64,000 nt of DNA from Octopus sinensis (GCF_006345805.1 NC_043026.1:8494001-8558000), one strand, 5' to 3'. Positions 48,600 to 61,019 are shown, counted from the first letter of the stretch. Made by a program: numbers and translations. Notes: generated by a model from the letters alone, not told the origin.

Positions 48600-48988
48600 G
48601 GGTTTATTTACATTTGTGAAGAAAAAAATACCCTTCCCCCACCCCTAACCCTAACCCTAACTAACCCTAAGTCTAAGAAATTAAAGGAATTAAAATGTTT
48701 TTAATTCTCAAGTGAAACTTCATGATTTGTAGATCAAAATTTACAGCCGTAAAATTAATTAATTAATTAATTAATTATGAGTACATAAAACTGAGACGTT
48801 CTCTTCTAAGTTTGGCTTTAATTATATATAAACTAGCCACATAACTAGTTCTGAAATCTCAAGAAGGGTAGCATCATATACTAAACAGGGGAAAATCTGC
48901 TGGAGGAGAATCTGCCTGGGGTTAAACTAGTAGTAACAATCAACTTCCACTCCGATGTGGTCGTTTGCTTTGCTGTTTATATAAAAAC

Positions 48989-49381
48989 TATTGGGTTGTC
49001 CGGAAAGTTTGTGCCGATTTATAGTAGCTTACCTTTCGACTTATTTTAGAACATGGTTGAGTTCATAAAACAGGATTTGACCACACCTCCGTTTAGAGCA
49101 CAGTTTAAGCTATCTTTTCGTGGAAGAAGGTTTATGTTCCTATAACCTGTGTTAAATCTGTAACCCTTTAAAATGGAAGATAAGAAAGTTCATTTTCGGC
49201 ACTTGATGCTTTGGGAACCAGACAAAAATTGCTGCAGCTCGGCTTGGATGTGTTACCCCACCCTCCATATTCACCAGATATTGCTCCTTAGGATTTCCAT
49301 TTATTCAGGTATCTGCAGAATATTCTTAATGGTAAAAATTTCAATTCCTTGGATGATGTAAAAAGATGCATTGAATTCTTT
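48989..49381 (+). mobile_element. Internally deleted mariner fragment
   Basis: TIR tattgggttgtccggaaag. MEDKKVHFRHLMLWE is joined to DVLPHPPYSPDIAP..FHLFRYLQNILNG. Confidence 0.8.
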
Positions 49382-50139
49382 GAGTGGCTGTGTGGTAAGT
49401 AGCTTGCTAACCAACCACATGGTTCCGGGTTCAGTCCCGCTGCGTGACATCTTGGGCAAGTGTCTTCTGCTATAGCCCCGGGCCGACCAATGCCTTGTGA
49501 GTGGATTTGGTAGACGGAAACTGAAAGAAGCCTGTCGTATATATGTATATATATATGTATATGTATGTGTGTGTTTGTGTGTCTGTGTTTGTCCCCCTAG
49601 CATTGGTCTCCAAGACTTGTGGTGGGGAAAAAATATCCTCTGTCCAGGAGACCAAACCTGAATGCACATAACAGAGAAATCCTTTTCTAAGAGGATCCCC
49701 AAGAACTAGGTGGTGGTGCTTCAATAAATAACAAATTAAGGTTATCATCCAGGTAGGCCACTGTGGGATTCGAACTTAGATTACAAAGAGCCAGAACAAA
49801 TACTGTAAGGTGTCTCCTCTTATGTCTAATGATTCCATTAGACCGCTATCTTAAACTTGTATTTTATTTTTCGACCCCCTGGAAAAAGGAAAAGCAAAGT
49901 TTGCCTTATCAGGATTTGAACCCAGAATGTTGAAGGCCTGAATCTTCAGACATTTCTGCCGAATATGAATTCATTTCAAACACAAAATTGGAAATTGGCA
50001 ACCATGCCGATAAGATCTGGCCTTTTACCATCCACTCGGTCTAGGCCTGCTGCTCAAGATGGGATGGGAAGCCTGCAGCCTTTCGGCCATAATTTTGTTC
50101 AGAGGGATCTGACGTGGCAGCAAGCTGTAGGTTAAATTG

Positions 50140-50575
50140 CTATCTCTTTCCTCCTCCTCTCTCCCCGTTTTCTCCTCCTCCTCTCTCCCCGTTCCCTCCT
50201 CGTCCTCTCTTCCCGTTCTCTCTCCTTCTTCTCTCTCTCTCTGTTCTCTCCTCCCCCTTTGTCTCCGTTCTCTCCTCCTCCTCTCTCCACATTCTCTCCT
50301 CCTCCTCTCTCCCCATTTTCTCTTCCTCCTCTCTCCCTGTTTTCTCCTCCTCCTCTCTCCCCGTTCACTCCTCCTCCTCTCTCTCTGTTCTCCCCCCTTT
50401 GTCTCCGTTCTCTTCTTCCTTTCTTTCTTCCTCTCTCTTCTTTCTTTCCTCTTTCTTTTTTCTTTCTCTCCTCCTCTCTCTTTATTTCCACCTCTTTTCT
50501 TTCATTTTTCCTCTCTTCTTCCTTTCTTTCCTCCTCTCTTTTTCTTTCTTTCTTTGTTTCCTCCTCTCTCTTTCC
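50140..50575. repeat. CT/CCT-rich low-complexity tract
   Basis: Seen directly. Confidence 0.9.
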
Positions 50576-50951
50576 TTGAATTTATATACTGTACTTGAAT
50601 TTATATATTGTACTTGAATTTATATACTGTACTTGACCAAAGTCTTAATAAGTAGGAAGGCAGACAAGCCACAAACGCCTTCAGGTAGATGGCCCTGCTC
50701 AATCTATAGAAAAGGTGTAGGTAGATACTCTATAAGATGTACCAAGTGTATATATGGACCGGTTTCTGGTTTGACCACACTCCTTACCTTCCTCAGCACG
50801 TCTTAGCCCTTAGAAACATCATCTCAGTCCATCACATTAAAGTCTGCTGGTATCCTTAATTGCTTAGTGCCAAAATGTGGGCAGCCTCCATGTGGAAATT
50901 ATTAATAACCCGCAAAAATATTCAGAATTGAATATTTATATTTATATATAT

Positions 50952-51730
50952 ACTAGCAGTATCGCCCGGCGTTGCTCGGGTTTGTTTCGACCCTTTAGAA
51001 TTGGAATTTTTGAAAAGTAAAAAAATTTGCATTATGTAGCTTGTTATTCTCTTTAAGTGAACATTTTTCTGGTTGAAATACACTGAAAAATGGCGACACA
51101 GCAGTCAGAAAATCGTAAAAAATAGGGATTTTCATAGAAAAAAAGCACCCTTTTGATGTAAATAATTTTTGGTGTTAACATGCTGCAATTTGAATTTTTT
51201 CTTCTATGGAAGGAAGAGCAAGCCTTCTTCTATCATGCTCTCAATTTTGGTCAACTTGCGCCACAGGGTCTCGGAGGAGATAGTGTTAGTTGAAGGCTAC
51301 CAAACCTGCCACACACAGACAACTTCAGCTTTATATATATACTAGCAGTATCGCCCGGCATTGTTCGGGTTTGTTTCGGCCCTTTAGAATTGGAATTTTT
51401 GGAAAGTAAAAATTTTGCATTATGTAGCTTATTATTCTCTTTAAGTGAACATTTTTCTGGTTGAAATACACCGAAAAATGGCGACAGAGCAGTGAAAAAA
51501 TCGTAAAAAATAGGGATTTTCATAGAAAAAAAGCACCTTTTTGATGTAAATAATTTTTGGTGTTAACATGGTCCGATTTGAATTTTTTCTTCTACGGAAG
51601 GAAGAGCAAGCCTTCTTCTATCATACTCTCAATTTTGGTCAACTTGTGTCACAGGGTCTCGGAGGAGATAGTGTTAGTTGAAGGCTACCAAACCTGCCAC
51701 ACCCACACAGACAACTGAATATTTATATTT
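50952..51730 (+). mobile_element. Head-to-tail dimer of a Helentron-like non-autonomous element
   Basis: Two ~389-bp copies starting actagcagtatcgcccggc (50952 and 51341), joined at a (TA)n. Confidence 0.7.
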
Positions 51731-52071
51731 ATATAGATATTAATATTGTTATTATTGTCAAATACACAATGGACTCTCCCATCAAAGATGATGTGGGAGA
51801 GTTCAGTTTTGGGCGTTAATGACCTTCACAGACGATTCGTTTATTGTGATCAAATAGTCATGCCGCACATTAGCTCACTTTGTCCATCAAATCGATTTTA
51901 CCTGAATAGGTGCATGGTGTACCACGTGTGAGGAGTTGAAGTGATTGCTCAGGGACACAATGCACCAGGCTAGTCTATGATTTGAAACCATGACCCTGCA
52001 ATTACAAGTACAACGCCCTAACCATTAGGCCATGCATTCTCATTTATGTATATGTAACAGTGTTTTTTTTT

Positions 52072-52642
52072 TGTAACGGGAGAAATTAATTAGTAAACTT
52101 TATTGGGATTGTAACAGGATCTGGAATCGGTATCACTGAAAGGGTGTCGATCCGATCCCGTCACATACAATTTAGTTAGATATAACAGACGAAGTCAGGT
52201 TATCTAGGAAAGACAGCAAATTGTTGTTTATTATTCGTGACGGTGTACGTATTTCTGAAGGGAAAACGACAGTCGAATCTGTTGTACAGCTTCTTGTTGG
52301 TTGGTTGAAGTGATTCGATGTCATCCGCGGCTAAGTCGGTGTAGTTATCAGAGACTACCAAATGCACGTCTGTTCACGAGGGCTGAAATAGCCAGAGAGA
52401 GTGATCGAGTTGACTGGGCCTTAGGGGTCAGTTTCCCGCACATGCGCATGGGGAAGACTTCCGGTGGCCACCCGGAAGTAGTCCCATTCTGCGCATGCGC
52501 GCTGAACCTTACACAGTAGCATCACTACAGGATGATGTTGGTTGGTGTGACGATACGAGTTTGTTGTTATGACTGCATGTTGTAAGATGAAGAAAGATGC
52601 ACAATGTATAAAGTTTTAAGGAAGGATTTATTTACCGTTACA
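52072..52642 (-). mobile_element. Probable solo LTR
   Basis: 571 bp bounded by tgtaacgg...ccgttaca (TG..CA, 8-bp inverted ends). AATAAA on the minus strand near 52228, and a GC-rich promoter-like block at 52440..52500. No TSD seen. Confidence 0.5.
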
Positions 52643-53164
52643 TTACAAATACCTTGCCTCGACGGGCAGGTTTTGATACATCCAAAAGCATGCAAAGTAA
52701 AGTTTGTGCTTGTGTCCTCTTGATTGTTTAGTAGTAGCAATTACAGAGAGAGATAGAATGAAGTTGTAAGAGAACAGAATTAGAGCTAGACAGAATTGTA
52801 TGGTGTTGTCTGACAGTAAACTTCATTTCTCCCTTTGACCAAGGCTGGTCAGCCACACCTCGTTGAGTTCTCACGACTGTGACGAACCTGGCCGAGTCGT
52901 CACCCGGCCGGTGACTAACAGATTTTTGCTTGGGATGTTCTTGCTTATATAACTATCCAGAAGGATAGATATATCATTGAGAACAATAAATTTAGTTGGT
53001 GGTCTTGTTATCTATTCTAGCTTTTGGTGAAGTAGAAGAGGTGAGAAAGAGTCAAGTGGTGAAGACATTATTTCGGCCTAGCTGAAGTCATCTGGAAAAT
53101 GTAAAAACTGCTGTCGGAGAAAAACCATTGTTCCACCGTGGGAACAGTTCTGTAGCAGTGTTGA

Positions 53165-53520
53165 TTTAAATTTGGCTATGGTGGATCGAATCTACTTCAT
53201 GCATGCAAGATTCCCTACATATATATACCCACACATATATAAATGGAAGTTGCAGGATGTCCAAATACTGGGTCACCTTCAAGAGTTTCCCTTCCTTGCC
53301 TAAATTTGGCTGCCCTCTTTTGCACAGTTGATAAAGCTGGAGCATCATCCCCTAATGTAGCAACCATGTCAGCATGAATGTCCTTGGGGGCTAAACCCAT
53401 TTTCTACAGGGACTTGAAAATATCACGATGCCAACTTTTGTCCATTTTCAAGAGAGGTTGTCATGGTTACATTTGAAGGGTTCTTTAAGCAGTCAGGGGT
53501 CAGTTTACTTGGAAACAAAT
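53165..53520 (-). mobile_element. Mariner transposase N-terminal fragment
   Basis: MGLAPKDIHADMVATLGDDAPALSTVQK.AAKFRQGRETLE.DP (helix-turn-helix region). Confidence 0.75.
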
Positions 53521-53544
53521 AAAAACGCTTCTAAATAAGAAAGT

Positions 53545-53900
53545 CTCTTTTACTTGTTTCAGTCATTTGACTGCAGCCATGCTGGAGCACCACCTTTAAT
53601 CGAGCAACTCGACCCGGGACTTATTCTTTGTAAGCCCAGTACTTATTCTATCGGTCTCTTTTACTTGTTTCAGTCATTTGACTGCGGCCATGCTGGAGCA
53701 CCACCTTTAATCGAGCAACTCGACCCCGGGACTTATTCTTTGTAAGCCCAGTACTTATTCTATCGGTCTCTTTTACTCGTTTCAGTCATTTGACTGCGGC
53801 CATGCTGGAGCACCACCTTTAGTCGAGCAAATCGACCCGGGACTTATTCTTTTGTAAGCCCAGTACTTATTCTACCGGTCTCTTTTGCTGAACTGCTAGG
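53545..53900 (-). repeat. Three tandem ~105-bp SINE 3' fragments
   Basis: tctcttttacttgtttcagtcatttgactgcggccatgctggagcacc... repeated three times. Confidence 0.8.
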
Positions 53901-54009
53901 TAATATAATTATTTCTAATATTTAGACTCCATGTAATTAATGAAACTTATTAATACATCTTACAATAAATTATAATGAGCTCTTCTAATAATTACTATTA
54001 TAATAACAA

Positions 54010-54348
54010 TAATAATAATAATAATAATGAAATTATTGTATACAGTGCTCAGGTGCACCACAACTTGTCAGAAAGTATGTATAAAGTATATGCAGTAATG
54101 TACAAATGTCTGGAAAGCGAACAGTGTATGAATCAGATACATGCTTGCGTGTGTATGGTGGGGAGAATATCAGGTGTAGTGTTGGCGAATCTCAGGAAGC
54201 ATGGAAGTTTTGAAGGATGCAATGCTCCGACAACTAACAACTGATGCTGGCAGTTTGTTCCATGCTTCAGCAATTTTCAGTGTGAAAAAATGTTTCCGAA
54301 AGTCATGGGAGCTGTGCTGTTTTCTGACTTTGTAAACATGCCCACGGA
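54010..54348 (-). mobile_element. CR1-type LINE 3' fragment inserted in the intron segment upstream of paralogue C
   Basis: RGHVYKVRKQHSSHDFRKHFFTLKIAEAWNKLP. It interrupts sequence that is contiguous upstream of paralogue A (4260..4450). Confidence 0.8.
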
Positions 54349-54462
54349 ACAAAAAGTTGCTTAATTATTAATTAGACATCCTAATGAACCGACAGAAATA
54401 CCTAAAAGTTTTGTTTATGTGAAGTAAACATCATCTCCCTGAAACCTTAATGTTTTCACAAA

Positions 54463-54492
54463 GCTAAATGTTTTCCTTATATTTCATTACAG
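54463..54492 (+). promoter_or_regulatory. 3' splice acceptor upstream of paralogue C
   Basis: ttttccttatatttcattacag|attcactATG. Confidence 0.7.
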
Positions 54493-54499
54493 ATTCACT

Positions 54500-57400
54500 A
54501 TGGAAGACCGGATGGGAAATAGTTCAACACTCACATCCCAGAAAACAGCTTTATGTCAATCAGCAACAAAAAGTGTTGAAGAAGGAATGAACAGCAAAAA
54601 GTGTAAATATAGGAGAGAGAATGACTCAAGGAGAGAAATGAGACAGAAAGGAGACCCTAAAAACTGGGAAATAATTAGAAAACGAGATGTTTTGGACAAA
54701 CACATATTTTATACAAGGTTCAATGCATATGAAGACAAAATTAATTTGTTGATAAATTCTCGGGAAGAAATATATACTTTTTTAAAAAGAATAGGAATGG
54801 ATGAAAATACTTTTCTAAAAGATTTTAGAAAGAGAATAGAAAATTTTCAGAAAGACATTAAGGAATATGATTATAGCCAAGACTTTACTATGTTTGGAAA
54901 ACTGGAATTGTTTTTGGAAAACTATTTAAAGACAAATGTTTTACAAGACAAACACAAAACCATTGAACCACCAAAAATAATTAAAAAATTTCGGCCTCTT
55001 TCTCCAGTTTTGACCAGAGAAGCAAAGATTGAGGAATCTGGTGAAGACTTAAGCAACCCAATATCCAATATTGTTGTCATACAAGGGGGAATTGTAACAT
55101 ATTCCCGCCATTGTATGACAATATGTTGTATAACAAGAGACGGCAACAGAAACGATGTTCGTTGCTCATCTTCTGTCACGGACTTTACTAGAATCAGTCA
55201 AGACACAGTCCTGGCCACCCTCCCCTTTAGAAAAATGATTCTTATTATCAACCCTTTAAGTTTTAAAATCAAAAGAATTCAGCTAGGATTAATCTTGGTT
55301 TCTTATTTGGAACATTCTGCGCTTATAGGTGTAGAAATGTTTGGTCGGACCATATACGTCATTGACTGGGAAGAGAATAGAATAAAATACGAATTCATAA
55401 CCAAAGAAACCCCTTCAGATATTGCTGTAGGAGCACAAAACAAACTCTTAGTATCCTTTTTCAATATTAACAGGGTTACCTGTTACAATGTGGATGGCCA
55501 GCAGGTATTTGAGGTGGATACCAATTCCCTGGACATCCCAACCCACATCTCTGTGTACCAAAACCATTTTTATGTCCTCCAGGGACATATTATTTATCGG
55601 ATTTCAGGTACAGGTGCTGTGACAACAAGAGAAATTGGCATGAAATGCCGCCATATTTCTGTTGGCAAAGAAAACATTTTTGTAACCGATTATTTTGATG
55701 TCCTTCATATCATTGGAACAAATGAAGACTTTTGGCCCAGGCAGTCATATAACTCCCAGCTATGGACCCCAAGATTGAACAACTATTTTTATATTGAGGA
55801 TTGCTACAATGTTACTAATATTCTACCTATGTCTACATCTTCTATATTAATATTCTACAAGAATAATAAAGCTATTTATTCACTGAGACTGGAGAAATAA
55901 TTAACCAAAATAATTCAACTTTCCTTGAGATTCCTTCTTGCTTTTGTAGAATGAATTCTAAAGGATTTCTGGTGTTTTACCGTGAAAACAAAGAATTTCA
56001 GTGTATCACATGCCCTGGGCTAATGAAAGGCCCTTTAATGAAAGTCCATACTGATTACATTAAACTATGTCATATTGTATCAAATAAGTATTTAGCTCTA
56101 ACCACAAATGGAAACAAACACGAGGTCCATATCCTCTTGATCAAGGAAGATAAAGTTGACATTATAGAAAGAATTTCTCTGGGACATTATAATGTCAGCA
56201 TTGCTGCAACTCCAATTAATTTTGTAGTCGTAGATGGAAACGAAAATAAAATAGTATTTTATTCCACATGTGGTGAAGAACTTTTTCAAAAATACCTTCC
56301 ATTCTATGGCTACCCTCATCACATCTACTCTGATAATGTTTATTTCTATGTCCTCTTCAAGAGACACTCTATTCTCAGATGTTACGATCTATATGGAGAA
56401 ATGAAATGGCAGTGGGAACTGCCTTTCCCTGTTCACCCTCACATTGCTGTTTTCCAAGGAACTCTTTATGTCCCGGACACTCAACTCAACAGGGTTCTTC
56501 TTTACAAGTATCAAGACCCGTCGTCTGGCTGTCGTTTACACACGAAAAATCCTTACATCAGAAATCTAAATCTACGACTCAAAGAAAAGGAGAATGACCA
56601 AAAACTTGTCATTGGCAAAATATGTAATCTTGCAAATGGACAGTTGGTGGTGTCCGACATCAACCATGATTGCTTGTTATACATTTCTAAGGAAGGAGAC
56701 ATTGTGTCTAGATTATCTCTGCCGTCTACAGCCACAGATATATGTCGATGGGATTCTAATCATATAGGTGTCACATTACCCCTACAGAAACAATTAAGGG
56801 TCATCGGAAACCTATCAAAGACAGTGAGAAGTGTATCGTTAAGGCAGCCTTATGTCCAGGTGTGTAAGATGGGTGAATGTGAAATTGTTTGTTATTGTGA
56901 TAAACCATCACATTTAGATATTTTAGCCATCAATTATTATAATCAAGTCGAAGTAATTAAGACAATTAATATCCCTGTGTTTGTGAAATCATTAGCAATA
57001 GAAAATGAATCAAGAAAGCTATTAATAGTTACTAGGGAAAAAGCATTTCAGTACATCACTAGTACCAATGGTGGGGGTCATGTCAGGAATAGTAGTAGTA
57101 TTAAGATGGTCCCCAGTGTTTTAATGTCCAAAGTGAAACATCGTTCCAATCTCTGTGGTGTATCTTCTGATAAAATGTTTGTTTATCTGATAGACAGTAG
57201 TCGAGTTTTCACCATAAATGACTATAATTTGGTGGTGAGAGATTACATTACAAGTAATCAACTTGATATTCATGTCGACCTGGTAGATGTATTTTCCAGG
57301 AACATGTGCGTGAGTGAAATGTTGTCTTCTAAATTGCATCTCCAGGATCTGACAGTTTCCGATGAAGCCCGACGCATTCACGTTGCTTCCCGGTCTTTTG

Positions 57401-57595
57401 TAGATAAGCAACAAGTGGATACTCAGAGTTTGGTTATTACTGAAAACAACCTGATCGCGGGATTCGACAGGAGGAATAAAAACATCAAGATATTAACATT
57501 TGATGGCCACCTACTGGACTCGGTCAAATTGAAGGTCAACAATATCAAGATGTATCACTGGCACCCAAATGCCCTGGTTATCACAACCGATGATG

Positions 57596-57639
<44 letters not shown>

Positions 57640-59850
57640 GGTAATGAGAAATGTCGACTGTTGACCTTAAAAGTTGAATTTCCATTGTCGCTGGTAACTT
57701 ACCAGACGATAGATAGATACGAATGTATCGCTTCTCTGTCGGACAATCAACTGGTGTGTATTAAACGGGAAGATGAATGTATTTTGTATGTTGTTGACAT
57801 TGACGAAATCCATGCGACTGTGAATGTAATAAAACAAATACATTTCTCTCAGGTACAATCCTGGAGAGACATCTATGATCTTATAATTACAGCCGGTGAT
57901 GTCATCATTGTCACTAACTCAAGATTCCTAATTTTCTTCAACCGTGATGGTCAGTATTTACATTCAGTCAGACATTACATGGGGTATGTCAATAAATATA
58001 ACAACATGATAACTGATGACAGTTACCTGTACATTTATGGTCAGTGGGACAGGTATTGTGACTACAAAGGATATAAAAATATTGTGTGTTTGACCCAGAC
58101 TGGTGAATACGACAGAATATTTTTGAATGACAGAATTTACAAAGATAAAGTAGATTTCTCCTGTATAAACTGTAATGGATTAAGGTTTGTTGGAAGCCAC
58201 AGGCACACTAATAAATTCTATGTCGAAGGATTGTTTAAGCTTAGTCGGGAGAGATTCCCTGTTACTCATTTGCAAACAGACAACTATTCTGTTCAGGTGA
58301 AAGATTTTGATGTCTCTGAGGAAGGAAAGACAGTTGTGTGTGAAAAAGCCAATAATGGAAATGTTAAAATATTTGATAGCGATGGGGAATTGCTATGCCA
58401 CAGAGACCTAGGAAGTTTAGTTGGTGGTGTGTGTTTTACACATGGAAGAGGCATAATGGTCACGGTCCCTAACAGACGAGAAATATTTCAACTGAAGCAA
58501 GAAAATTTGGGGAAATGTAAAGTTTGGGAAAGTCGAGTACCTTATGGTGTAATATGGAGAAAAGTGGGAAATATTTACTGGTGCGCACATATTGAATTGA
58601 TTGAATGTCATTGCATAAAGATTGATGGGGACCAAGTGAACATTCTGGAATCTGTGTCGTTATTAAATCTTGATTCTGGTCTTCGTTTCCCTTCCATTAC
58701 ATCTGAAACGAATAAGGAAATATTCAGTAATGAATTAATTAATAAATTGGAATACAGTGGCGGAGATGAAGTGGAAAGAGGTAAATCAGGTGAAATAATT
58801 GGTAAAGGTAGATTAAAGGTGAGATGTGGTAATTACATAGCGGAGAGTAAGCCAGGAATTGATGAAATATCAGTGAGGAGACTTCCATATAGGACAGCAA
58901 TGGTCCCTTTTTCCATTCCTGCATTTGAGGAACCTGTTAATTATTTTTATGGAAACATTAAGGACCGGAATAGTAAACTAATTAAGTTAGATGAGAATGT
59001 GAGTGTGTTGATGTTTCGAGAAAGTGTCACATTAATCAGAACAACAACAACAACAGTGGACATACTTCAACATGAACAACTACCACAACCACCACTGGAC
59101 ATATGTCGGTGGACAGAGGAATGTTTCATTGTCGCCTTTGGTGAACAACTGATGTTCTTCAACAGGGATCTCCGTCGTTTAAAAACCATCAACAGTGAGA
59201 AATTCTACAACAGGATTTATAAATACAATGACAATCAACTCGTGTGTGGCGGTGGCCACTATGAAAGCAATAACAGTGAAGGTGTGTGTGGTGGTTATTA
59301 TGTTGGGCAAATTAAGAGTGGGCAACACAGTTATTATGTAGATGTAGTTGAGATTGATGGTGGCACATGTGAATACATTCATGAAGTTTGTTCCGGGGTG
59401 AATGAAGAGGTGGAGAATGTTGTGTTTGTAATGGATATAGTAGTGACATCTGGTGGTGATACTGTTGTTGTGGAGGAGGAAAGGGAGAGATGGAGGCGGG
59501 ACGTTTGCTATTATTTCCGATGGTACAGGGAGCAGTTGGTTAGGGTTATAAAGCTCCCAGCGTATCGAAATTCTTATTTTTATATACCTTTTCTAACCAC
59601 TCAAAGACAATATGTTTATATAACGGATAAAGATAATAATATTTACCAAATACCTGAATATATTGCACAGCAAACATCTACAGGTATTGAATACCTGACA
59701 TTTGATCGTATCAGCCAATATCTCCTCCTTAGGGGTGAAGATAATGAAGTTTACAAAATTCTTGGTTTTGATATTTCGGACAATTCTTTCATGGTTTTTG
59801 GAATCATTCCAGGACGTCAATCATTTGCTTTCTTTCATTATGACAAATAA
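54500..59850 (+). CDS. Paralogue C of the multi-propeller gene, split by a single 1-nt deletion (ORFs 54500..55900 and 55951..59850; 1783 aa if repaired)
   Basis: gctatttattcactgag at 55871 vs gctatattattcactgag in B: one A is missing between 55875 and 55876. Both flanking ORFs align to B end to end and share the C-terminus VFGIIPGRQSFAFF.YDK. Confidence 0.85.
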
Positions 59851-59959
59851 ATTTTTTCAGAAATATTATTCTTTGTTATTATTATTATTAGGGGTCAGCT
59901 GGGGATTGAACCTGCAGTGCATTCTACATACTAACAATTGTTACTGTAACATACTTCAA

Positions 59960-60283
59960 CACAATTTGTCTGTCTATCTATCTATCTATCCTTTTATCCA
60001 TCTATCTATCTATCTATCTGTTTACCTATCTATCTATCTATCTTTCTGTCTGTCTGTCTATCTATCTGTCTTTCTATATATCTATCTATCTATCTGTCTT
60101 TCTATCTATCTATCTATCTCTCTAGCTATCTGACTGTCTGTCTATCCATCCATCTATCTATCTGTCTGTATATCTATCTATCTATTTATCTATCTATCTC
60201 TCTATTTATCTATCTATCTATCTATCTCTGTCTATCTATCTATTTATCTATCTCTCTCTCTATCTATCTATCTGTCTTTCTAC

Positions 60284-60314
<31 letters not shown>

Positions 60315-60434
60315 CCTATCTATCTATCTGTTTATCTATCTATCTATCTCTCTATTTATCTATCTATCTATCTGTCTTTCTATCTATCTATCTATCTGTC
60401 TGTCTATCTATCTATCTATCCATCCATCTATCTA

Positions 60435-60466
<32 letters not shown>

Positions 60467-60497
60467 TCTTTGTGTATCTATCTATCTGTCTTTCTAC

Positions 60498-60571
<74 letters not shown>

Positions 60572-60588
60572 CTATCTATTTATCTATT

Positions 60589-60621
<33 letters not shown>

Positions 60622-60622
60622 C
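59960..60622. repeat. (TATC)n tract
   Basis: Seen directly, ~110 bp after the stop of paralogue C. Confidence 0.95.
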
Positions 60623-61019
60623 TGTTGTCTCAGTTTTAGACGCAGCAAATGATTTTAGCTCAAAAGAGAGCATAGGATTGGTTAAAATTCGAAAAATTAA
60701 ACTACGTTAAACAAACGAGTTACAATTTTCTCAAGAAAGCCAAGAGAAAAAAAAGTTTTATTTTGACACATTCTACCAGTATACGAAGTTTTAAAGTGTT
60801 TAGTTAACTAGAAATTGTCTGCCGTTCAAAAGGAAAAGATCCCATACACATATAGGCGCAGGAGTGGCTGTGTGGTAAGTAGCTTGTTTACCAACCACAT
60901 GGTTCCGGGTTCAGTCCCACTGCATGGCACCTTGGGCAAGTGTCTTCTACTATAGCCTCGGGCCAACCAAAGCCTTGTGAGTGGATTCGGTAGACGGAAA
61001 CTGAAAGAAGCCCGTCGTA

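Noticed and set aside
4224-54499. Equal ~22.4-22.5-kb spacing A-B and B-C suggesting large segmental duplications
   Set aside because: The spacers are not collinear homologues, so the equal length appears coincidental.
55860-55900. Programmed ribosomal frameshift in paralogue C
   Set aside because: No slippery heptamer or downstream structure; comparison with B shows a simple 1-nt deletion.
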